In this document: in pieces, positions 14,906 through 24,702 of the stretch | Position numbering within the stretch: position 1 is the stretch's first letter | How the letters are laid out: each line of letters opens with the position of its first letter | IMG/VR virus record: IMGVR_UViG_3300020045_005532 | Span: 1-26,260 of that record | Direction: 5' to 3' (one strand) | Source: a virus | Lineage: Duplodnaviria; Caudoviricetes | DNA: 26,260 nucleotides | Notes under the pieces: model-generated | The model's database searches: none | The model's input: only the letters and a program-made list of their open reading frames with translations | What the model was told of the DNA's origin: nothing | Made by a program: the position numbers and the translations under genes

Positions 14906-15820
14906 CTATGCTATGGTTTTAACTTTGATTGACACGTCAGAAGTACCGCTATAAATAATATTTGAAAAAGACTCATAGAAGCCGTATGAAAGCAGGTCAT
15001 CAAACGAATCGGTTGACCCTGACCATACGCATTCCTTGGTTTTTCCAATGCTCTCTAACGTGTTCCGCAAAAATCCAATTCTGTTAGAGTCAACTTTAAC
15101 ATTGTAATTCACTAGATTGATATTTGGGCGAAGCTCTTTGCCTGAAATGTTACCAAACGCATCATAATTAACGCGCGAAAGGTCGGCATTATCAAATCCG
15201 CTTCCATCAATCGCGGTGCCCAGCGTGCGGCGATTTCCTAGAACCAGTTCGCCAACACTTGCGGTGCTCGTTGACTGAAAATCAAAAGTCACTACAGCAT
15301 CGAGCGCGGGCGGCAAGTCGTAAACAACAAATGATGATCGGTAGCTAATTGGCGCCATAAAATAAAGCCATTCGTCAGTGACTTCGGTATTGTCCTGCAT
15401 CTGAATATCGCGATTATAAACCTCGCCGCCTTCGGCTACAGAATCAACCGTGATATTGACTACGCTCACACCAGTAACCGCGAAAGCAGCAGCGGTGCCA
15501 ACAATACCGCCAACAGTAACCTCAGTAAAAAAACCATCTTCCGCAACAGTTGGCGAGCTGATAATGCCGTTCACTAATCTGTAGGGGTTGTTTTTGTCGA
15601 TGTAAGTCCATTTGGCGGATACGCCAGGAACATCGGTAGAAATTACAGCTGCATTTGCGCGGTAGACCGAATTGTCTGGGGTGTAAATCACATAATCTTC
15701 TAAGGCAAACGATGTGGCGGTCCACGTAACAATACCAGGATAATCAGACGTCGATGAATCCGGCGCATTGGTATCCGTAATCATCGCATCTGTAATAGGT
15801 CTAGGTATCGTTACATACAT
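14906..15820 (-). CDS. Distal tail/tail-tip protein with carbohydrate-binding-like insertion
   Basis: Directly after tape measure; W....F...DYV......VY.A......PG....W CBM-like segment; SR...DAFGN and YGFY..F motifs. Confidence 0.65.
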   Translation of the reverse strand: MYVTIPRPITDAMITDTNAPDSSTSDYPGIVTWTATSFALEDYVIYTPDNSVYRANAAVISTDVPGVSAKWTYIDKNNPYRLVNGIISSPTVAEDGFFTEVTVGGIVGTAAAFAVTGVSVVNITVDSVAEGGEVYNRDIQMQDNTEVTDEWLYFMAPISYRSSFVVYDLPPALDAVVTFDFQSTSTASVGELVLGNRRTLGTAIDGSGFDNADLSRVNYDAFGNISGKELRPNINLVNYNVKVDSNRIGFLRNTLESIGKTKECVWSGSTDSFDDLLSYGFYESFSNIIYSGTSDVSIKVKTIA

Positions 15821-18800
15821 TAAGCTGGCACCGTATCATAAGCTATGCTAGATGTGTTCATGGCGGTTGTTTCCATTGCTGAAAGCTGTTTCAAGGACTG
15901 AACACGCTGCTCGTCACGAAGCCCCTGTATTTGCCCTGCAATTGCTTCTAGTGCTGCTATATTGTCTTTGTTTATATCTTCATTCAAATCAACCAAAGAC
16001 GCTATAAACTTGTCAACCGAATCTTTCAGCGATAATACACTGTTATCGATTCCCAGTAACGCATTTAGCTGATTTTCTGCCTTTAATAGTTGCGCATCAA
16101 GCCTATCTGTTTGCTCTTTTGCGTTAGAGAATGATGCATTTGCAATTATTTCAGCGTAGCGAGAAAGCGACTCGTTAAGCGTTAGCACCGAGGTATCTAT
16201 GCCGGTTAGCGCGTCATACTGTTCTTGGGCTGTTTTGGCAGTTGCATCAAGTGCCGCAACATCAAGCGCGTACTGATCATTGGCGGCTTTAATCATCTCA
16301 TCGTATTTTTCGAGAGACGCCCCAGAGTAGGATTCTGCGCTAACAAGCTGAGCGCTTAAAATATCAAGCTGGCGCTGGCTGTCACTGATCGACTCGCCGG
16401 TAATTTTTGCAAGCTCTGCAAGCTTGTTTTGAGTGACAGCAGTAGCAAAAGCCATCTCTGCAGCATTGCGATAAAGCGCCGGATCGTTTTGCTTAACAAT
16501 GCCAAGCGAGCCAGTAAGCTGCCCAGCAAGCGGTAACCCGCGACCAGCCCTAGCGTTGGCCAATGCAGTATCAATCTCAAACTCAGCAGCACGGCGGCGG
16601 GCAAGCGTTAACTTATCGCTACCAATGGCCATGTCATAAATGGTGCTGTTCAAATCATTGGATAGTGATTCCATTGATCGAATGCTTTCGTTTACTGCTG
16701 ACTGCTGCTCTTTAATCGATTCAACGCGAGCCTTAGCGATTGCATCTTGTGCCTCTTTTTCTGCATCAGCTTGGGCTTTTATTGCCGCAAGTCGAACATC
16801 AAGAGAAGCTTTTAATCTGTCTTTTTCAGCACCAATGGCAGAATCTACAGCGGACTTAGCGCTATATGCCGAACTAACCACGCCAGCAATCAGCGATTTT
16901 TCTGCATTGATTGACGCGCGCAAACCTTCAAACGCTGAGCTCGCATTGTCTTTTAGCATTTGGCTGTATTCTTGCGCGGCCTTGGTTGCTGCCTCTGTAG
17001 CATCGGTCACAGACTTGGTGGCTGGAACAAGCTGGGCGAACGCACCTGACAAGCTAATCATTAGCGCGAATTGTTCTTGCCCCGCTGCGGTCGATAAATC
17101 TATCGCTTCGATTAATGCGCGGAATGCCTCGCGAGACGTTGGCACAGCATCAACACCGATAGTTTTTAGCTTGTCGCCAATTTGTGCAAGTCCAGCAGCT
17201 GTGCGCTCAGAATCGGTAAAGAAATTCTGATAATAGGCGCCAAGAGATGTGCTTAACTGATCAAAACCGCCAGACAAATCGGCAATATTTTGCGTGATTC
17301 CAACTGCAGATAGCCCAACCGCTTTAAAGTTAAAGCTAAGCAGGCTTGCATATTGCGAGAAGGTGTTTGTCTCAGATGCTAACCTGATAACTGTTTCAAA
17401 CGCGCCCTCGCCCACTTTTTGGAATTGCAAAAGGGTATCGGTACCGCTTACAAGGAATCCTGCCCATGTGTCTAGCGTTGAACTAAAGAAGCTTTCAATC
17501 TCGGCGGTAAGCTCGTCCCCTTCCAAATCTTTAAGGCTAAGTTTTGTCGCATCAACCAAGAATTTTGCAGGATCAAATGCCACACCAAAGACCTTGCTCG
17601 CCTCTTCAAGCGCCGTTCCTGCGCTTACAAAAACGCTTGCAAATTGTGCCTTGAATATTTCATCAAGCGCCTCGGTTTGCTCCTTAACTTTTGAGCTCGT
17701 AGTAATACCTAAAAAGCTTTTTTTGGTTTTTACATCAGCAAAAGAAAACGCCTCTAGTGTTCCCGTCTCCAGAATGTCAGCAAGATTTGTCCCGATAATT
17801 TTAATGCCGGAATTTATGATGCTGGTTTTTTTGTTGTAAATAGCCTTACTTATTCCACCAAGAATACTATCGATAAACCCGCCAGCATCACCGCCTAGCA
17901 ATTTACCAGCAATGGATAGCCCTGTAGTAGACAACAGAGCATCGATGCCAGCGCCAGTGCTTGTGCCCGTCTTAATTCCGGAAGTCAGTCCAGACGTATC
18001 AACGGTGCGCGCAAAGCCTGCTGCGGCTCCTGCAATGCCGTCCTGAATAGCAAGAAGCGCACGATACATGCCGTAGTTAACATCTAGCGTAGACGATGCA
18101 GTGTCATTAAGGCCTGCGATTGCGTTTGCGATTGACTCAGATTTTTTATTGGCATCGCCCAGCACTGTGCCGGTTGACTGAATACCCTGGCGATAAGCGG
18201 CAGTTAGCTTCTCAAACTTAGCATCCTGCTTATCATTCCACGAAGAAATCAGCGACCCGCCCACAGCAATGCCAATAGCGGCATATGGCCCAAGGCTTCC
18301 AAGTAATCCACTCGCGCCCATAGCTTTGCCATCAGATCCTTTTGTCCCAACGCTACCAAGCACAGAGCTTATTTGCTTGCTTAGCTGATCAGTAATAAGC
18401 TCGACAGATGGGCGCAATACCAATGTTTTGAAAATATTGTCAACGGTATCGCGGAAGTTTTCTACTAAGCCTTTTCCGTCTTCGAAGCCGCGCAATAAGG
18501 AGTCAGTAATGCTGTCTTTTATTGATTCGGCAGATTTTTTAGCGGCCTCATCAATATCATCGAAATATGCGCTAACTTTTCCTACAGATCCTGAAAGATC
18601 ATCACTAATTCTATCAATGTTTAATTTATTTAAATCATCAATATTGCCATTGATATCCTTAAGTATTCCACTAAACAGTTCTGCCGTCTCAGCAGCTGAT
18701 TTATTGGCTTTACTGTAATCGTCAAACGCTCTTGCAGAAGCTAAAATATTTTTTGCTTCCTGCTCGGTTATATCAATTAATTTGTTTTTAATGTCATATT

Positions 18801-20700
18801 GAAGCTCTATTTCTTTACTGGTATTTCCAAGAAGATACGACTCTCTAGCAATTTGAGCATTCATATCCTTAATTGTTTTTGCGCGCGCTGTATCTGCAAT
18901 CAAAGCATCATAGGCGGCATCCGCATACCTCATTATGTCATCAGTAATATCAGCGCCAGATTTGAATTTTAATGTTTTTGCAAATGATTCTGCGCTTTCA
19001 GTAACCTTCTCAAATGAATTTGAGCTTGAAATAATAGCCAGCTTTTCTTGGATTCCTGCCACTTTTTGATTTACAGTTTCAAGCTTTGCCGCTGTCTCAT
19101 TAATAATTGCAGGCGTAATTCCACCAATGCCATATTTTGCGACATTAGATTGACTTTTTGGATCGCTCAATTTGTCTAAACTATCTTTTAGCTTTGCTGC
19201 TTCGCGCTGAGCAACAAAAAGCTGATCATTGAGTCCTTGCTCAGCCTGTGCTTTTTGAGCCTTACCTAATGATGCATAACGCTCTGCCAGCCCATCAACA
19301 GAATCGCCAAGTTTATCAGCCGCCTTCTCTGCATCGTTTGCAGACAGCGCGAAGTAGGCAATACCAGCGGCAGCAATAACCGCTAGGCCAACTGGGCCAC
19401 CAATTAGTGCGAGCGCACTTGATAGTCCCCGTATTGCGGTTGCGCCAGCACCAATACTAGCCATAGCGGTTGTAGATGCCGCTAGTCGTGCATTGGCTGC
19501 ATTGGCTGCGGTGGTCGCGGTGGTGTAGGAAAGTATTGACCCAGTTAGCCTTGCTTGCGTAATTGCCTGCTCATTTTGAGCAATTATTAGCGCGGCTATT
19601 GATTGTGTTGTGGTTCCATTCGCCCTTGCAGCATTGACGGCAGCGGTAGCGGCAACACTATCTGCACGAGCTTTTGCCAGGGATGCGGCGGCTGCCTCCT
19701 GCTCAACAACAGCCCTGCGTTGAGCGCCAACAGCCGCGCTATTCTCAACTGCTATCTGCGCATTAGTGGCCGCAATAGAAGCAATCGTTGCAGTAGTCTT
19801 GGCGGCCAAAGCTGACACAACTTTAGCACCAACTACTACCGAAAATATCAAAGCTGCATCGCTAACTAGATTAAGATTATTTGCAATAATTAATAAAGAC
19901 TGTCCTGCCAATGCGGATGCACTAGCGAGCGACTCGGATGTACCGACAAACTCAACTGCCAGTGTTTTTGCAAGCTCTGAATTTTGCGCAAATGTTCTGG
20001 TTGTTGTGTCAACCATTTTTTGCGCGGTTGATGAATAACTCTCCAATGCAGTTACAAGTATTTCAGACGTAATTCCGCCCGTTGCGGCAAAGTCTCTTAG
20101 TTCACCGCGTGAAATTTTAAGACTCTGCGCAAGAGCGTCAAGAATGCGTGGAGCGCCCTCTGCTACCGAGTTAAATTCATCGCCGCGTAGTACGCCAGAA
20201 GCAAAGCCTTGATTGAGCTGAGTGATTGCGCCAGCGGCATCTTTTGCAGATTTACCGCCAGCCAAAAATAAATTATTGATTGTTTTTGTTACGCCGATTA
20301 CTCGATCTTCAGAAACGCCAAGCGCAGAAACGGATCTGGTTATTTCAGCGTAAAGACGTGCCGTTCCTTCAAGCGAAGAAAACGTGTCCTTTGACAATTG
20401 AAGTGTTTTACTTCTGGTCACAAGCAATTCATTTTCTGAATCGGTAACCTGCTTTAGAACATTATTAACACTTGTCCATGCGTCAGAATATTCAATTATT
20501 TTATTTGTAGCTAGCGCAACAGCAACCGAACCGATAGCAGTATTTAATTTGCTAAAAGAGCCTGTTGCAGTTCGCCCAAGGCTTTCAGTTGCTCGCTCAG
20601 TATTACGGCTGGCTTGCGTTACTCGATTTAAATCCGTGACAGCAGTACGCGCATCTCTAGAATCAACCGCCAACCGCAAATAAGCCGTAAAATCTGCCAT
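15820..20700 (-). CDS. Tail tape measure protein
   Basis: 1626 aa, Ala-rich helical; N-terminal tape measure domain motif QLNQGFASGVLRGDEFNSVAE. Confidence 0.95.
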   Translation of the reverse strand: MADFTAYLRLAVDSRDARTAVTDLNRVTQASRNTERATESLGRTATGSFSKLNTAIGSVAVALATNKIIEYSDAWTSVNNVLKQVTDSENELLVTRSKTLQLSKDTFSSLEGTARLYAEITRSVSALGVSEDRVIGVTKTINNLFLAGGKSAKDAAGAITQLNQGFASGVLRGDEFNSVAEGAPRILDALAQSLKISRGELRDFAATGGITSEILVTALESYSSTAQKMVDTTTRTFAQNSELAKTLAVEFVGTSESLASASALAGQSLLIIANNLNLVSDAALIFSVVVGAKVVSALAAKTTATIASIAATNAQIAVENSAAVGAQRRAVVEQEAAAASLAKARADSVAATAAVNAARANGTTTQSIAALIIAQNEQAITQARLTGSILSYTTATTAANAANARLAASTTAMASIGAGATAIRGLSSALALIGGPVGLAVIAAAGIAYFALSANDAEKAADKLGDSVDGLAERYASLGKAQKAQAEQGLNDQLFVAQREAAKLKDSLDKLSDPKSQSNVAKYGIGGITPAIINETAAKLETVNQKVAGIQEKLAIISSSNSFEKVTESAESFAKTLKFKSGADITDDIMRYADAAYDALIADTARAKTIKDMNAQIARESYLLGNTSKEIELQYDIKNKLIDITEQEAKNILASARAFDDYSKANKSAAETAELFSGILKDINGNIDDLNKLNIDRISDDLSGSVGKVSAYFDDIDEAAKKSAESIKDSITDSLLRGFEDGKGLVENFRDTVDNIFKTLVLRPSVELITDQLSKQISSVLGSVGTKGSDGKAMGASGLLGSLGPYAAIGIAVGGSLISSWNDKQDAKFEKLTAAYRQGIQSTGTVLGDANKKSESIANAIAGLNDTASSTLDVNYGMYRALLAIQDGIAGAAAGFARTVDTSGLTSGIKTGTSTGAGIDALLSTTGLSIAGKLLGGDAGGFIDSILGGISKAIYNKKTSIINSGIKIIGTNLADILETGTLEAFSFADVKTKKSFLGITTSSKVKEQTEALDEIFKAQFASVFVSAGTALEEASKVFGVAFDPAKFLVDATKLSLKDLEGDELTAEIESFFSSTLDTWAGFLVSGTDTLLQFQKVGEGAFETVIRLASETNTFSQYASLLSFNFKAVGLSAVGITQNIADLSGGFDQLSTSLGAYYQNFFTDSERTAAGLAQIGDKLKTIGVDAVPTSREAFRALIEAIDLSTAAGQEQFALMISLSGAFAQLVPATKSVTDATEAATKAAQEYSQMLKDNASSAFEGLRASINAEKSLIAGVVSSAYSAKSAVDSAIGAEKDRLKASLDVRLAAIKAQADAEKEAQDAIAKARVESIKEQQSAVNESIRSMESLSNDLNSTIYDMAIGSDKLTLARRRAAEFEIDTALANARAGRGLPLAGQLTGSLGIVKQNDPALYRNAAEMAFATAVTQNKLAELAKITGESISDSQRQLDILSAQLVSAESYSGASLEKYDEMIKAANDQYALDVAALDATAKTAQEQYDALTGIDTSVLTLNESLSRYAEIIANASFSNAKEQTDRLDAQLLKAENQLNALLGIDNSVLSLKDSVDKFIASLVDLNEDINKDNIAALEAIAGQIQGLRDEQRVQSLKQLSAMETTAMNTSSIAYDTVPA

Positions 20701-20706
20701 AACTCT

Positions 20707-21177
20707 CTATCTCTTTGCGGTTGGTTTCTTGATATCGTTTGCGAGTAACTTTTTGCGCATTTGTTTTGCGTGTTCGCGCGGGTCAATCTCTGGCTGATAT
20801 GGTGATGCGCAATTTTCTTCTGTAGAGATTCGCGCTTGATGACAATACGCATCGCTCAGCATTAGAACCGTTTCACATTCCCACCCATTCAAATATCGCC
20901 CGGTAATTCTCATCCATGATTCAATGTGCTGTGGATCAAGCGGCACTAACGACATGCCGCCAATCTTTGCTCTGCCCATTGCCTCAAATGCGTTGATACA
21001 AGTGAAATCGCCCACAATCGGCGGCAATTGCCTGTAAGCATACATAAGGTTAGGGTCGCGGCGCCGAGGTATCCCAATGTCTATCTCTTTGCCGCTAGTT
21101 GTTTTCTTTTTCGGTACCGCGCTCAGCCAAACGTCATGCCTTACATATCGTTCGTAGCTTCGGCGGCTTTCGGCAAA
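20707..21177 (-). CDS. Tail assembly chaperone GT segment, reached by -1 frameshift
   Basis: The frame of track ORF 20707-21045 stays open up to the T TTT TTG slippery site at 21180-21174; I..W...TG..L..WE...L..L motif. Confidence 0.8.
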   Translation of the reverse strand, partial: FAESRRSYERYVRHDVWLSAVPKKKTTSGKEIDIGIPRRRDPNLMYAYRQLPPIVGDFTCINAFEAMGRAKIGGMSLVPLDPQHIESWMRITGRYLNGWECETVLMLSDAYCHQARISTEENCASPYQPEIDPREHAKQMRKKLLANDIKKPTAKR

Positions 21178-21557
21178 AAATCAGAACGGCTCACCAAATG
21201 TTTTTCCATTTGATCGAAAACGAACGGAAACATTGAGTAGAACGATTCAATATCTTTTTTGTCGGTGGTGTATTCTTTGTCGCCAACAGAGCAATTGATT
21301 AACTCGATTGTGCAAGCGGCTAAGCGCTTAATACCGAGAGTTTGAACTGCTTTTTTGTCGGCTTTTTTCATGCCATGAAGAACGCCTAACTGCTTTTCAA
21401 ATTCTTCATTGGCTTTTGCGAATTCGGCGGATTCTGGGCCATGCAATTTAGCCTGTGCGCCAGTTGGGTTTCCAATGTTGCCTTCGGCAATATCCAAAAT
21501 ATCAAACGTTACGCCTTGCTTAGAAAGCACGGAAACATCGCGAGTAGAAAAATCCAT
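21141..21557 (-). CDS. Tail assembly chaperone G
   Basis: Between tail tube and tape measure; ends ..DFL at the slippery site. Confidence 0.85.
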   Translation of the reverse strand: MDFSTRDVSVLSKQGVTFDILDIAEGNIGNPTGAQAKLHGPESAEFAKANEEFEKQLGVLHGMKKADKKAVQTLGIKRLAACTIELINCSVGDKEYTTDKKDIESFYSMFPFVFDQMEKHLVSRSDFLPKAAEATNDM

Positions 21558-21612
21558 AAGTCACCTGTCAGATAGTAGAGAGTGGTTAATAAATGCTGTC
21601 AGTAAAAATTAA

Positions 21613-21648
21613 CGTCACGCACCCGCTGACAGGGCCAAGTGCGTGACG
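21613..21648 (-). terminator. Stem-loop after tail tube gene (terminator or RNA-stabilising hairpin)
   Basis: CGTCACGCAC/GTGCGTGACG 10 bp inverted repeat followed on the - strand by TTAATTTTT. Confidence 0.55.
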
Positions 21649-21662
21649 GTCTTGCGACTCGG

Positions 21663-22340
21663 TTACGCTAATGCAAACGTTGCTGATACAGTAATATTTG
21701 CAGTTACGTTGGTATCGGTGCGTGGGTTTTCAGTCGACGCATCAGACCAAGAAACGAACTCATATAGAGCGGCAGGAGCAGCATAAACCGCAACACCGTC
21801 CTCGCCATCTTCAACCACTTGCACAGCATCACCAACGATAGAACCGTTAGCGTTTGCGGTGTAGGTAAGAGTCCACAAATCAGTACCAGCACGCACTACG
21901 ATTGGGGTAGTAGGCGCAACAGTTACGTTTGCAAACATGAAAGTGTTCGCTTCCAGTTGCTCATCCGCGAATGAGGTAATGGTTGCAGTAAAGTAGTGAA
22001 TTGTGCCGTCAACAAAGTGAATAGCCCAAGAGAATACTTTGCCCTTGTGAACGCCATCAAAGCCAGCTTTCAACAATTGCTGAGTGGTATCCGAGCCGGT
22101 GTGATTGCCCATTTGAATTGCGCGATCAGTGTAGGAAATTGCGCCTGCACGTTTTACTTTGGTGCCTGATTTTAATGGCGTGTACTCTTGGGTGTCAGCA
22201 CTACCGCCGCCGGCGCCAATATTTACAACGTCATCGACTTCAAGCCAAGTAAGCGCCTGGTAACCAGCTACGTCAAAAGTAGTAGGCTCGCCTAAGCAAG
22301 TTTTTAAGTACGTTCCGACCGCGAGATCTGTTTGTGCCAT
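21663..22340 (-). CDS. Major tail tube protein with C-terminal InlB B-repeat-like domain
   Basis: P.TFD.AGY.AL.W.EV..V..IG..G...K..G...Y tail tube pattern; C-terminal TLTYTA..NGSI.G...YEFVSWSD...NPR.D.NV....V.A.F. Confidence 0.85.
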   Translation of the reverse strand: MAQTDLAVGTYLKTCLGEPTTFDVAGYQALTWLEVDDVVNIGAGGGSADTQEYTPLKSGTKVKRAGAISYTDRAIQMGNHTGSDTTQQLLKAGFDGVHKGKVFSWAIHFVDGTIHYFTATITSFADEQLEANTFMFANVTVAPTTPIVVRAGTDLWTLTYTANANGSIVGDAVQVVEDGEDGVAVYAAPAALYEFVSWSDASTENPRTDTNVTANITVSATFALA

Positions 22341-22357
22341 GATATATAACCTCTTTG

Positions 22358-22762
22358 TTACAAGTTGCGCGGCAGAACCGCAGTGAAATAAATTCGTAAA
22401 ACTATTTTGTACCAGCCATCTACGTTTTCGCCTTTTGTTGCATCGCGGCGAGTTACTGTAAGTTGCTGCCCGTCATTCGTTAGTCGCAAGCCTATTTTAA
22501 AAGCGGCTCTAATTTCATCAGCTTTATTTTTTGCATCCCACGAATATTCATCGGGTGGATAGCGCAAAATAACCTGAAAAAATCCATCTGTTTGATCTTT
22601 GTGCTTTAATGAAAAAGCTGTTTCGTCATTAATAAAGCTTGTGACTTCTGCATATGCCGGCTGCGACAATGGGTCATAGCTTTTGTTTTCATACGCTATC
22701 GGCAATCCAAAACTGCTATCAATAAACTTCTTAACCAAAGCCTGCTCAAGTTTCGCTGTCAT
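22358..22762 (-). CDS. Tail terminator-like protein (DUF4128-type)
   Basis: PIAYEN..Y.P, G.FQV...YP, AD.I...F..G motifs; precedes tail tube. Confidence 0.8.
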   Translation of the reverse strand: MTAKLEQALVKKFIDSSFGLPIAYENKSYDPLSQPAYAEVTSFINDETAFSLKHKDQTDGFFQVILRYPPDEYSWDAKNKADEIRAAFKIGLRLTNDGQQLTVTRRDATKGENVDGWYKIVLRIYFTAVLPRNL

Positions 22763-23121
22763 CCTCTTGCACGCTCTCTAATAATTCGGCCAATACGCGC
22801 AATTGTTTTGCCGACCATGCCGTCTAATTCTTCCAGCTTGCCGATGTATGGCAGGTTGTTGGTGATGATCATTAGCGACTTTGGTTTTATCGCTGACACC
22901 ATGGCTGCCTTTGTTGCGCTACCAGTTTTGTCGGTTGTTTCAAGATCACCACTTGCTGGCGTTGTTACGGTTGTTTGCCAGTTGCCTTTAGCTCTGCCAC
23001 TCTTTACGCGAGTGTTATCAATGACCGAATTAAAAACATCAATCGTGATGCCGCGCTGTACTTGATCAATCGTTAGCATTGCTTGAGCCGCAATGCGCGC
23101 AACATCGTTGCCGAAACTCAT
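22759..23121 (-). CDS. HK97 gp10-like tail completion/neck protein
   Basis: V.SGRAKGNW and NNLPY...LE motifs. Confidence 0.8.
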   Translation of the reverse strand: MSFGNDVARIAAQAMLTIDQVQRGITIDVFNSVIDNTRVKSGRAKGNWQTTVTTPASGDLETTDKTGSATKAAMVSAIKPKSLMIITNNLPYIGKLEELDGMVGKTIARIGRIIRERARG

Positions 23122-23465
23122 TTTCTAATCCGCACAAATGAAACCAGCAATTTGTCAGTAGGCTTTTTAGATTCAATTTCCTGACTCGACCAGCCCGCTA
23201 TTTTGTCAGTCATTGCAGGCTCAAAACTTCCATCGATAATGCAAACCTTGTCGCCCGCTTTAATTCTTGTCCCGTCAATCAGATTTGCTTTAATCGGCAC
23301 AATCACGCCATTCGGTGAGAATGTTGCAGTTGTGCCAGGGGTGATGATCGCGCCAGTTGACGGATTTTTAACTTCCCCAGTAACGCGCGTAAACGTAATT
23401 GGTGCGCCAAACTCAGCAAGCAGGTCAAGTGCAACCTGCGCCATGTCATCGTAAAACGCGCTCAT
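23118..23465 (-). CDS. Head closure/head-tail joining protein
   Basis: FY......A..LL.EFG..IT and IDGTRI..GD motifs. Confidence 0.8.
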   Translation of the reverse strand: MSAFYDDMAQVALDLLAEFGAPITFTRVTGEVKNPSTGAIITPGTTATFSPNGVIVPIKANLIDGTRIKAGDKVCIIDGSFEPAMTDKIAGWSSQEIESKKPTDKLLVSFVRIRK

Positions 23466-23767
23466 TAACGCGCCTTGCTAATGGTTAGCGGATATGAGCC
23501 CGCTGCAATGCCGCTAATCACAATACGGCTGATCGCTGCACCATCACCAAACAAGCCAACTTCACCCGGTGTTCCAGTCAATCCTAAAATCTTTTCGGCA
23601 CCGGATCGCGTATGAACGGTAATCGTTGCGTCTTCCGCATCGAAGCCGTTAGCGTCCAACTGATAACCGCCAAAGTGGTTTAAGTCGTAGGTGTAGCAGT
23701 CCAGCGTGTCGCTAATACCACTAGATGCCCACGTAATTGGCTCACCTAAAATTGCTGTCTGTGCCAT
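23465..23767 (-). CDS. Hypothetical virion-region protein
   Basis: 100 aa beta-rich ORF between adaptor and closure genes; coupled by TAATG. Confidence 0.65.
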   Translation of the reverse strand: MAQTAILGEPITWASSGISDTLDCYTYDLNHFGGYQLDANGFDAEDATITVHTRSGAEKILGLTGTPGEVGLFGDGAAISRIVISGIAAGSYPLTISKAR

Positions 23768-23777
23768 AAATAAATTC

Positions 23778-24290
23778 CTATGCGCGAACTAATGGAATAC
23801 TGAAAAGTCCGCTACGGTTTAGCAGGCTGTTGAGTAGTGCATCAGCGGTACTTGTGCGGCTGAGTTTTTGGCCTGTGCTGTCACTCACGGCGTAAGTAAC
23901 ATCTACGGCGCCTTCAACACGTGCGCGCTTTTTAACTAAATTTGGGTTTGTGCTTGGGTTCCATGGATCGAAACCCGCTTTAATATCAAGCGCAGTTTGC
24001 AATTGGCACAAAATCACGTTTCTTGGTATCTCGGTGCTAGACCATGACCAGCCATCAATCTCAACGCCATAACGCGGGAAGCTTAGCGCTTGATCCCGGG
24101 TAACCCGTGTACCTTTCAAATTCGCTTCGTGCTGACCAATGAACTGAGCGGCTTTAATCAACTGAACATCAGCAGCAGCGTCATCAGCTACAACAATGCC
24201 AAGACTTAGCGCATAGGCAATGTAATCGGGGCGTGATACAAAAGTATTTGCCCCGGTTACTAATGCGCCAGTCTCGACAATTAGGGTCAT
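23778..24290 (-). CDS. Head-tail adaptor (DnaT-like phage family)
   Basis: MTLIVETG....GAN.FVS, G.R....QAL.FPR, IP......Q, V.GAV.V.Y motifs. Confidence 0.85.
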   Translation of the reverse strand: MTLIVETGALVTGANTFVSRPDYIAYALSLGIVVADDAAADVQLIKAAQFIGQHEANLKGTRVTRDQALSFPRYGVEIDGWSWSSTEIPRNVILCQLQTALDIKAGFDPWNPSTNPNLVKKRARVEGAVDVTYAVSDSTGQKLSRTSTADALLNSLLNRSGLFSIPLVRA

Positions 24291-24649
24291 TATTCGGCAG
24301 CTCCAGCAGCCAACAGCAAGTCAGCAGCAGCCTTTTCAGCTTCTACACGAGCGGTTTCACGCGAAGCTAATTCTTTCTCGATAGAATCGATCAAACCAGC
24401 GCGTGGTTTTGCATCAGCTTTTTCAGTTTCCAGATATGCAGCCAATTCTTCATCGGTAACCGCTGGAAAATCTTCAACAATTTTAGATACTGATCGGCTA
24501 AGAAAATCAGTTTCAACTTTTGCCATTATCACGGGCTTATGGAAAAGCTCATGCACTTCTGGATCAAAATCAGACTTATTAATTAGCACGCCACCATCAT
24601 GGCTGCTGTCAGCCGCCCAACCTTTTACTAATACTGTTTCCATTTTCAA
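24290..24649 (-). CDS. Hypothetical protein downstream of major capsid
   Basis: METV.V......VLINKSDFDP..HEL motif and helical E....K.R.GL...I C-terminus. Confidence 0.75.
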   Translation of the reverse strand: MKMETVLVKGWAADSSHDGGVLINKSDFDPEVHELFHKPVIMAKVETDFLSRSVSKIVEDFPAVTDEELAAYLETEKADAKPRAGLIDSIEKELASRETARVEAEKAAADLLLAAGAAE

Positions 24650-24702
24650 ATTCTCGCTGTCAGTGAATTAATGGCGCGTCTTGGTGACCGCGCCTATTTG
24701 GA

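Noticed and set aside
8829-15820. Diversity-generating retroelement or invertible tail fibre system
   Set aside because: No reverse transcriptase, invertase or duplicated template/variable repeat seen in the window.
16356-20038. Several long alternative-frame and antisense ORFs within the tape measure gene (similar ones in the capsid, endolysin and 633 aa genes)
   Set aside because: Shadow ORFs expected from Ala/Ser-rich codon bias; no RBS or recognisable motifs. Only the Rz1 overlap has positive evidence.
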